Origin: Candidatus Cloacimonadales bacterium
Lineage (GTDB): Bacteria; Cloacimonadota; Cloacimonadia; Cloacimonadales; JAIOQZ01
Assembly (NCBI GenBank): GCA_963674825.1
Contig: OY771587.1
Span: 512,001 to 576,000 of the forward strand
DNA: 64,000 nt
Reading direction: 5' to 3'
Under the pieces are notes generated by a model that worked only from the letters and a program-made list of their open reading frames with translations, had not been told where the DNA came from and did not search any database. The position numbers and the translations under genes are program-made. This document shows, one piece after another, positions 38,353 to 46,251 of the stretch (positions are counted from its first letter, which is position 1; each line of letters opens with the position of its first letter).

Positions 38353-39435
38353 ATGCACCACGACGATATAAAAAAAGAAGGAATCGTTCCCGTAATCGAA
38401 AACCTCAAAGAGATGTTGAACGAAGTGGGAACCGATCTCTCTCCGTTACTTGACGAAGAGCTTTCGAACGAATCAGCGGACTCGATCAGAAGCAAAATCT
38501 CCGCGATGGATACCAAGATGCAGCGCCTCATTGAGTCGATCAACCACAGCTACGAGCTGATCCAGATGGTTATTCAATCGATTCACACAAGCCGTTCGGA
38601 GCTGAAGAAGAGTGTCGATGGTCTGATCAAAAAGACCGGCATGCAGCTTCAGAAAGTCACATCGACAACCGAAGAGGCAACCAACAAGATCCTCGACGTC
38701 GCCGAGAAACTCGATGAAGACCAGATGAAAATCATCGACGCAATCGATTCGCTCGAGCAAGAAACTGATTCCGGCGAGAAACGATCCGAGAAGTTCGAGG
38801 ATCTACGCCAGAAGATCTACCAGAATCAGGAATCTGCATTCACAATCATGGATTACTTGCAATTCCAGGACATCACCGCACAGCAGATCGCCGGCGCATA
38901 CGCGCTTCTTTCAGATACGGAGAAAACACTGTTGTACGTTTCGGAGACATTGAAGCGCCTAGATACCACGTTCGACTTGAACGAAGACATGGGCAATAAC
39001 ATCGACAAGAATTCCTTTAATGCCGATGCATCCTATGCAGACAAAGCAAGCATACAGTCGGCAATCGACAACCTTTTTGAATCGGGCGATGAAAATGTAG
39101 TTATCCCGGACGATCAGCAAGTGACATCATCAAGAGGACTGGGCGTATCGAAAGAAAGCGATGCAAGCAAGGAGCAAGTCTCCAATGACGACATCGATGC
39201 CTTGTTCGGCGGTGGAACATCAGAAGCAAGCTCGCAGGATGACATCGATGCCTTGTTCGGCGGCAGTGGAAGCGGCGGAACCAGCTCTCAGGACGATATC
39301 GACGCCCTGTTCTCAAACACTTCTGAAGCGGATTCGAAAAGCGAGGGGAATGGAAAAGCTAAGTCTCCAGAGAAAAAGGACGATAAAAAAAGCGAAGCAG
39401 CGAGCCAAGAAGAGATTGACAAGTTATTCGGTTGA
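38353..39435 (+). CDS. cheZ: CheZ-like phosphatase with repeated C-terminal motifs
   Basis: 'LQKVTSTTEEATNKILD', catalytic 'LQFQDITAQQI' (DxxxQ), tail 'SQEEIDKLFG'; adjacent to cheY. Confidence 0.85.
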   Translation: MHHDDIKKEGIVPVIENLKEMLNEVGTDLSPLLDEELSNESADSIRSKISAMDTKMQRLIESINHSYELIQMVIQSIHTSRSELKKSVDGLIKKTGMQLQKVTSTTEEATNKILDVAEKLDEDQMKIIDAIDSLEQETDSGEKRSEKFEDLRQKIYQNQESAFTIMDYLQFQDITAQQIAGAYALLSDTEKTLLYVSETLKRLDTTFDLNEDMGNNIDKNSFNADASYADKASIQSAIDNLFESGDENVVIPDDQQVTSSRGLGVSKESDASKEQVSNDDIDALFGGGTSEASSQDDIDALFGGSGSGGTSSQDDIDALFSNTSEADSKSEGNGKAKSPEKKDDKKSEAASQEEIDKLFG

Positions 39436-39528
39436 ATGACGAATTGAATCTTGACGCCAATAATAAATTGTTGACAGAATTGTGGCGGTGTACTCAAGAT
39501 AAACTGGAATAATAGCAGAGGATATACA

Positions 39529-39894
39529 ATGAGTAAATCGATACTTGTCGTTGATGACGAAGAAAACATTCGGGAAATAATATCGGAATTTCTTCAAACA
39601 CTTGGATATAATGTAGTTGAAGTATCCAATGGAGAAGAAGCCATTGTTGCTTGTAGCAAGCATAAATTCGATTTGATCATCACGGATATTCGAATGCCGA
39701 AGATGAACGGTTTGAAGCTACTGAAAGCGATTAAAACCTACATGCCCGAGATGCCCGTCATCCTCATGACAGGCTATCAGCCATCCAAAGCGCAGGAAGA
39801 GAGTCTCACCACCAAAGCCGACGGCTATTTGCTCAAACCTTTCTCGCTCAACTCGCTAAGACAATCGATCCTGAAAATTTTCAAGACATTGTAA
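39529..39894 (+). CDS. Single-domain response regulator
   Basis: 'ILVVDDE', 'ITDIRMPKMNG', 'VILMTG', 'LLKPF'. Confidence 0.9.
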   Translation: MSKSILVVDDEENIREIISEFLQTLGYNVVEVSNGEEAIVACSKHKFDLIITDIRMPKMNGLKLLKAIKTYMPEMPVILMTGYQPSKAQEESLTTKADGYLLKPFSLNSLRQSILKIFKTL

Positions 39895-39906
39895 CATGTT
39901 AGAACG

Positions 39907-40173
39907 ATGCCGGCGAAAAAAATCATCAAGAATTACAAGATCGAAGGAGAAGACCGGATCCCTACACCTTCGGCAATGACCGGATCAGCCTTAAATATAA
40001 TCAAGAAAGCATCAATTACACCTCAAAGCCGAGAAATTACATCCTCTGATGTCAAAGACAAAAAGCCCGTACCGACGATCAAGGTAAATAAAGACGAAAG
40101 TGGAATCATTACGTCCATTGAAGTCACTTGCGCGTGCGGGGAAACAATCCTTATCGCATTGGACTACGAATGA
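39907..40173 (+). CDS. Small hypothetical protein with a C-terminal CxCG motif
   Basis: 88 aa ending 'SIEVTCACGETILIALDYE'; its stop overlaps the next start (ATGA). Confidence 0.7.
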   Translation: MPAKKIIKNYKIEGEDRIPTPSAMTGSALNIIKKASITPQSREITSSDVKDKKPVPTIKVNKDESGIITSIEVTCACGETILIALDYE

Positions 40174-40853
40174 ACGCGAAAATACTTGTCGTAGATGATG
40201 AACTGCTCCTGCGCGATGTGCTGTTCGATTATCTCTCCCGCCAGGGCTATGAAGTGCTTATGGCCTCCAACGGCGAGAAAGCACTCGAAATCGCTCAGAA
40301 TAACCGTTTTCACCTCGCACTCGTCGATATCAAGATGCCCGGGATCAGCGGACTCGACGTCACGGCAAAGCTGAAAGAACTCTATCCGCAGATCATCGTT
40401 ATCATCATGACCGGCTACCCGAGCCTCAACACCGCTATCTCCGCCATCAAACTCGGCGCGACCGAATATATCGTTAAGCCATTTCGGCTGGACGAACTAA
40501 ACCGCATCATCGCTAAAAACCTCTCCTCGCTCGATACCGAATACGAAAACCTCAAGCTCAAAGAGCGTATCAAGGAATTGGAGAAACAACTGGGCGTCGA
40601 TGGCAACGAACCGGAGCAGCAAGAAGACAGCCTTCATGGGGACGTCCCAGAAGAGCAGCTTCGTTCCCGCGGAACATATGGGCTCGACCCGGCTGCCGCG
40701 TCAGAAAAATATCGAAACCAGACATCATCAGCGAAAAAGCAGAATATGGACGACCAGCTTCTACGCCTGGACCGAATGCTTGCCGATCATATCATCACAC
40801 CAGAGGAGTACGAGAAGAAAAAAGCCGAAATCCTGAAAGAACAATATGCCTGA
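40170..40853 (+). CDS. Response regulator with coiled coil and C-terminal SHOCT-like segment
   Basis: Receiver 'ILVVDDE..LVDIKMPG..YIVKPF'; tail 'LLRLDRMLADHIITPEEYEKKKAEIL'. Confidence 0.85.
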   Translation: MNAKILVVDDELLLRDVLFDYLSRQGYEVLMASNGEKALEIAQNNRFHLALVDIKMPGISGLDVTAKLKELYPQIIVIIMTGYPSLNTAISAIKLGATEYIVKPFRLDELNRIIAKNLSSLDTEYENLKLKERIKELEKQLGVDGNEPEQQEDSLHGDVPEEQLRSRGTYGLDPAAASEKYRNQTSSAKKQNMDDQLLRLDRMLADHIITPEEYEKKKAEILKEQYA

Positions 40854-42168
40854 CACCACACGCGGAAATCCCCGAGAGCATTCTCCAGCCCAGATTAATG
40901 AGCTAACCTGTGCTTTCCGGGATTTCAATGTTATTATAGAGCGCTTCCAGGAAACGTTTCAGGGTCTTCAGAATAAGATCGACATCCTCAACCAGATCGT
41001 CGAGAAAAAAAACGCTGAGCTCGAAAAACAGATCCATGAGGGCGAGAACATTAAAAACTTGCTCCACGGAATTCTCGAACACGTTTATACGGGTGTTGTC
41101 GTTATCGATACATCCGGGGCAATCATCCTCTTTAACAAGGCCGCCGAAGATATTACCGGTTACGAGAAGGATGAGGTTCTGGGCTCTAACTACCTGAAAC
41201 TCTTCGGTAATGCGCAGGTTCGAACCAAATCACCCCTCTATACACTTACCACCGGCAAGGAGTCTTTCCATCGCAGGAAAATTATGCGCACGAAGGACAA
41301 AAAGCCGGTCAACGTTGAATTCAGCAGTACGCTGGTCAAGGACGTCCACGGTGAAGTCATGGGCGTTGTCGAGACCTTCAATGACATCTCCGAGATCAGT
41401 AACCTGCAACGGCGGGTAACGCAGGTGGAAACACTTGCTGCACTTGGAGAGATGGCCGCCAACGTCGCGCACGAGATCCGCAATCCACTCGGTGGAATCG
41501 GCGGATTCGCCGGACTTCTGGACCGTAAACTAGCCAAAGATGATCCCAATCGCAAGCTGATCAAGCCCATCGTGGAAGGCGTCTCGCGGTTGAATACAAT
41601 CGTTTCCGATCTTCTGTCGTTCACCAGACCGCAGAAGCTGAACCCGGTGAAGGTCGTCTTGCAGGATACCTTGCAGGAAATTATTGACTTTTTCCGCATC
41701 AGTCTGGGTAATCTGGACAAGGACGTCGAACTGATAACACAGTTCCCCGATAACGAAATTCACGTATATCTTGACAGCCAATTGTTCCAGCAGATTGTTA
41801 TTAATTTGTTGAAGAACGCTTACGATGCGATCGAAGATAGCGGGACCATCGAGGTTCGCATCCGCATGAACATGCCGGAAAGCCTCAGCGATGTGCTCGA
41901 CGAAGATGAGAAAGACGAGCTTCTACGCATGTTCAGCTATATGGAAATCGACATCGTCGATAACGGCATCGGAATACCGGAGGAGACGCTTCCCAAGCTG
42001 TTCAACCCCTTCTTCACGACGAAGGATGACGGTAACGGACTGGGACTGGCGATCACCCGAAAGATCATTAACCTGCACAAGGGCGATATCACTGTCGCAT
42101 CCGAGGTCAACAAGGGTACGACTTTCACTATCAGCCTGCCGCTATACGAAACCTATCACGAGTTATGA
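40846..42168 (+). CDS. Cytoplasmic PAS sensor histidine kinase (FlgS/FleS/AtoS-like)
   Basis: PAS 'FNKAAEDITGY', H-box 'VAHEIRNPL', N-box 'NLLKNAYDA', 'DNGIGI', 'FNPFFTTK', 'GLGLAI'; no TM segment seen. Confidence 0.9.
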   Translation: MPDTTRGNPREHSPAQINELTCAFRDFNVIIERFQETFQGLQNKIDILNQIVEKKNAELEKQIHEGENIKNLLHGILEHVYTGVVVIDTSGAIILFNKAAEDITGYEKDEVLGSNYLKLFGNAQVRTKSPLYTLTTGKESFHRRKIMRTKDKKPVNVEFSSTLVKDVHGEVMGVVETFNDISEISNLQRRVTQVETLAALGEMAANVAHEIRNPLGGIGGFAGLLDRKLAKDDPNRKLIKPIVEGVSRLNTIVSDLLSFTRPQKLNPVKVVLQDTLQEIIDFFRISLGNLDKDVELITQFPDNEIHVYLDSQLFQQIVINLLKNAYDAIEDSGTIEVRIRMNMPESLSDVLDEDEKDELLRMFSYMEIDIVDNGIGIPEETLPKLFNPFFTTKDDGNGLGLAITRKIINLHKGDITVASEVNKGTTFTISLPLYETYHEL

Positions 42169-43538
42169 GAAAAAACATATTAGTCGTCGATGATGAAGTC
42201 CTGATCCGGGAATTCATCCTGAATTTCTTCGAGAGCACTGACGAGTTTTCGGAGTGCCGTGTCGATCTCGCGGTAAATGGCGAAGAAGCCATTGCGCGAA
42301 TTCGCGAAAAGACCTACGACCTGATCTTTACCGACCTCAAGATGCCGGGCAAAAGCGGTCTGGACGTGATCAAGTTCGCGTCAGAGGTCTCCCCCACGAC
42401 CGACACTGTGCTGCTGACAGCCTATGCCGGTGGCGAAAGCGCAGCCAAGGCAATGGCGTATGGTGCATACGAATACATTACCAAGCCCGTCTCGATTGAC
42501 GAGCTGGAGATGATCGTACGGCATATCCTCGAGCGGCAGCAACTCATCATGGAAAACCGCGACCTCAAAGATCAGCTTAGGCAGAAAATAAACTACCCAA
42601 ACATCATTGGCAAAAGTAAGAAACTTGCTGAGATCATGGAAGTGGTGAAGATGGTAGCACCCACCAATTCGACGATTCTCATCACCGGCGAGAGCGGAAC
42701 AGGTAAGGAGCTTATCGCGCAGGCGATCCATGACCTTAGTCCGCGCAAAGACTTTAATTTCGTTCGCATCAACTGCGCCGCGATCCCCGAGCAGCTAATC
42801 GAAAGCGAGCTCTTCGGGTTCGAAAAAGGTTCCTTTACCGGCGCGATTAAACGCACTCGCGGTAAATTCGAGATGGCGCATCAGGGATCCATACTGCTGG
42901 ACGAAATCAGCGAGATGAACCTCGACCTGCAAGCCAAGCTGCTTCGCGTGATCCAGGAAAAAGAACTCACCCGCATCGGTAGTGAAACTCCAGTGAAGGT
43001 CAATACACGTGTTGTTGCAACTTCTAACCGCGACCTCTCGACCGAGGTGGAAAAGGGAAGATTCCGCGAAGACCTCTTCTTCCGCCTCAACATCGTACCC
43101 ATCCATCTTCCACCGCTCCGTGAAAGACCGGAGGACGTTCCGCTTCTGGCAGAGCACTTCATCAAGAAACTCTGCTTCGAACACGGCCTGGCCAAGAAAG
43201 TTGTAACACCTGAAGTAACCGAACTATTGGTCAGCTACCACTGGCCCGGCAACATCCGCGAACTGCAAAACGCCATCGAACGGGCGATTATCACAAACCC
43301 GGGCGACATCCTTGATCTCAAGGCTTTCCATTTCATGCACAAGAAAGTGGATCTACCGGTTGCTCAGGCTCCTTCTTCTACGCTCGACGGAAAGTCGATG
43401 GCTGAAGTGGAAAGAATCCTGATTTACAACACACTCGAAAAGACGAACAATAACCGCACTGAAGCCGCCGCTATCCTCGGTATTACGACACGTACGCTGC
43501 GCAACAAGCTGCATCAGTACGCTCAGGAAGACGAATAA
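42165..43538 (+). CDS. sigma54-dependent response regulator (NtrC family; FlgR/FleR-like by context)
   Basis: Receiver plus AAA+ 'GESGTGKE', 'ESELFG', 'GSFTGA', 'FREDLFFRL', 'WPGNIRELQN', and a Fis-type HTH. Confidence 0.93.
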   Translation: MRKNILVVDDEVLIREFILNFFESTDEFSECRVDLAVNGEEAIARIREKTYDLIFTDLKMPGKSGLDVIKFASEVSPTTDTVLLTAYAGGESAAKAMAYGAYEYITKPVSIDELEMIVRHILERQQLIMENRDLKDQLRQKINYPNIIGKSKKLAEIMEVVKMVAPTNSTILITGESGTGKELIAQAIHDLSPRKDFNFVRINCAAIPEQLIESELFGFEKGSFTGAIKRTRGKFEMAHQGSILLDEISEMNLDLQAKLLRVIQEKELTRIGSETPVKVNTRVVATSNRDLSTEVEKGRFREDLFFRLNIVPIHLPPLRERPEDVPLLAEHFIKKLCFEHGLAKKVVTPEVTELLVSYHWPGNIRELQNAIERAIITNPGDILDLKAFHFMHKKVDLPVAQAPSSTLDGKSMAEVERILIYNTLEKTNNNRTEAAAILGITTRTLRNKLHQYAQEDE

Positions 43539-43546
43539 CACCGAAG

Positions 43547-44476
43547 ATGAACTTCGCACTCGTAACGTCTGAAAACCAGCTTCCAATAGCTGGGACTCCC
43601 TTTTCCAATACGTCATTACTACGTGCATTCGCCAAAGCAAGCCAATCGGAGCTGTCCTTTGTCTCTGCCACCAGCGAGACACGCTGTGAAGCATGGATAC
43701 CGGTTTTTATCAAGAAAAAGGCTGGAATGCCCATGGCCATCCACCCACAGCTTCTGCCATACGTTCCGGTGGTATTCCACCCTGAAGTAACCTTCAGCCA
43801 GGCACACTTGCAGGAGATTTTCGAGGATTTTGCAAAGATTCTCACCCTATACAGTAAGCGACTCCTGATTAACCTCGCCACCGATTTCCAGGATATCCGT
43901 GGATTTCAATGGAAAGGTATCAAGGCAACGCCGCGATACACCTATATCCTTCCGTTAAATGACGATATCAAATATCAACGCCTGAAATATCGCGACATCA
44001 AAAAAGCCGGCAAACTCAATCCCACTGTGCGGGAAGAATTCGATTTCGAGCTTTTTCTGAAGCTGAAAAAAGAAACCTACGAACTTCAGACGAAGCGTTT
44101 TCCGTATGATGACGTTACGCATATGGAGCTTCTGAAAAGCCTTGCAGAAACGGGATGCTTGAAGCAGTACATCCTGCGCGTCGAGCAGGAAGATGTTTCG
44201 ACCCAACTGATTCTGGAAGGCGACAGAAAGATCTATACATGGCAAGGGTTTACCAGGAGGGATTTCCTGCGGGAAGGCATCACGACATGGTTCAACGATT
44301 ACCTCATACGGACATTCCGCAATACGCATGATTCGTTTGATTTCTGTGGTGCGAACATTCCCGAGATCGCAAAATACAAGAGCGGATTCGGCGGCACGCT
44401 GACCGCGTATTACCAATTACAGTGGACCGCTTCACCGTTGCTTGAACTGGGCAGCCGAATTGTGAAACGGATCTGA
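43547..44476 (+). CDS. GNAT/FemAB-like acyltransferase-fold protein
   Basis: 'RYTYIL', 'RDIKKA', 'FDFCGANIPEIAKYKSGFGG'. Confidence 0.75.
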   Translation: MNFALVTSENQLPIAGTPFSNTSLLRAFAKASQSELSFVSATSETRCEAWIPVFIKKKAGMPMAIHPQLLPYVPVVFHPEVTFSQAHLQEIFEDFAKILTLYSKRLLINLATDFQDIRGFQWKGIKATPRYTYILPLNDDIKYQRLKYRDIKKAGKLNPTVREEFDFELFLKLKKETYELQTKRFPYDDVTHMELLKSLAETGCLKQYILRVEQEDVSTQLILEGDRKIYTWQGFTRRDFLREGITTWFNDYLIRTFRNTHDSFDFCGANIPEIAKYKSGFGGTLTAYYQLQWTASPLLELGSRIVKRI

Positions 44477-44502
44477 TCTGAAAAAATGAGAGCTGAAACA
44501 CC

Positions 44503-46251
44503 ATGATTTCCATATTTATCGACAACAAACTGGACGCGTATCAGCGCGAAATACGCTATACGTTCGATTTTATATTCAAGACGCTGGGCTACAACTACAA
44601 ATACATCCGAAAAAGCAGCGAAGCCGGCGAGCAGGACATTATCTTCGCATACGCCCTCACACAGCCGACAGACGAAGAGCTTCTCATGCTGGGCGATGAT
44701 CGGGTAATCTTCTATTCGCCGGTTGAAGTCGATCTTTACGAGCCGGGCAAGCTCGACAAAGACACCATTACTAACATGCTACGGGAAATCGCGTTTGAAA
44801 AGAAACCAATTCCCGTACTGGCATCGAATAATCTCACCCGCCCCATGACCTTCAATGTCACGGAGATGCACTTCATCGGCAGATTCCTGTTCGACGTGAT
44901 CGGCAATGTTTATTTCAATCTCTCCCACTCCGGCGCACAAAATAGCTCGCGCAAGGATCAATTCAGCAGGGTCAAAGACGACGCCTATCCTTTCACATCC
45001 TACTCCAGCTTCCCCTACATCAATATGTTCCTATGGCTGATCGACAGCACCATTCATCACGCAATAGAAAGTCATCGCGGTTACATTCTGCGCAAGGCTA
45101 TCTGGCCACATGGAGAGGAAGCCGCCGCGACACTCACTTTCACCGTGAACAGCCTGCAAAAATGGACGTTTTCGCGGTTTGTGACGTCCTTTCTCGAGGA
45201 CTTCCTGCTCTTTATCACGTTCAAGTGGAATATCTGGCTTCGAAGTTTCACCAGCAAGTTCAGATACCTCTTCACAAACGAAGAGCAATATTGGAACTTC
45301 GATCTGATTACCGATATTCTAAATGAACACAAGCTCAAATCTACCTTCTTCCTCGCAGCGGAAAAGACCGGCAAGATAGGTGCGGACTACACCATTGACG
45401 ACGACGACCTGCACGAAGTGGTCAAAGCACTCTTGGAGCGTGGTCACGACGTAGGCCTGCTCGGTTCCTTCGAACAATACAAGAGCGAAAGCATGAAAGA
45501 CCATAAAGATATGCTGCGCAACACCTTCGATATTCGTGACATTGGAATCAGGCAGGACAAGTACCGCTGGGATGCGCAAGTTACTCCTGAGCTGCACAAT
45601 AAGATGAACATGCTCTACGATTCCACCATCACGTTCAACGAGCGTAACGGCTTCAAGAACGGAATAGCATACCCATACTACCCGTTTGCCAAGAAACTCG
45701 CTGCCAAGCGGCATTTCCAGTTCGTGGAGATGCAACCGGCGTTCTGCGACGAACATCTGCGGCTTTCCAGGCATCGTTCCCTCTCGCTCGACAAATCGCA
45801 ACTGGTCGTGAGAAAGCTTATCAGCGCGGTTACAGGCGTTAATGGCCACATCGTGCTCGACTATAATATCTCCAATTTCTACGATATCCCGCATAACGAC
45901 AAGCTCCTTACCTACACCATCGATCTCCTGACGCAAGGCAAGATTTATATCGCGACACTGCAGGAGGTTGCGCAATGGTGGAATAAGCGCGAGCGGATAC
46001 AGATTTATGAGAACCCGAACGAGATCATGATCTACGTTCAAGACAAGATTAAGGAATTCACCGTCGAGCTCCTGGGCAAGATGAAGATCCTCGCCATCGA
46101 TGGCGCTGATTACAGCCACAAGGGCAATCACATAAGATTCAAGGACGTTAAGCCCGGATCAACGCTCACGATCAGGCTGGATCCGGTGCTGACGGGACGC
46201 AGATTTGCCAACGATGAGGATGACGCGGAAACGGACAATGAGACAACATAA
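44503..46251 (+). CDS. Polysaccharide deacetylase-like protein
   Basis: 'YTFDFIF', 'IWPHG..AATLTF', 'LKSTFF', 'GHDVGLLGS', 'YDST...GFKNGIAYPY'. Confidence 0.65.
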   Translation: MISIFIDNKLDAYQREIRYTFDFIFKTLGYNYKYIRKSSEAGEQDIIFAYALTQPTDEELLMLGDDRVIFYSPVEVDLYEPGKLDKDTITNMLREIAFEKKPIPVLASNNLTRPMTFNVTEMHFIGRFLFDVIGNVYFNLSHSGAQNSSRKDQFSRVKDDAYPFTSYSSFPYINMFLWLIDSTIHHAIESHRGYILRKAIWPHGEEAAATLTFTVNSLQKWTFSRFVTSFLEDFLLFITFKWNIWLRSFTSKFRYLFTNEEQYWNFDLITDILNEHKLKSTFFLAAEKTGKIGADYTIDDDDLHEVVKALLERGHDVGLLGSFEQYKSESMKDHKDMLRNTFDIRDIGIRQDKYRWDAQVTPELHNKMNMLYDSTITFNERNGFKNGIAYPYYPFAKKLAAKRHFQFVEMQPAFCDEHLRLSRHRSLSLDKSQLVVRKLISAVTGVNGHIVLDYNISNFYDIPHNDKLLTYTIDLLTQGKIYIATLQEVAQWWNKRERIQIYENPNEIMIYVQDKIKEFTVELLGKMKILAIDGADYSHKGNHIRFKDVKPGSTLTIRLDPVLTGRRFANDEDDAETDNETT

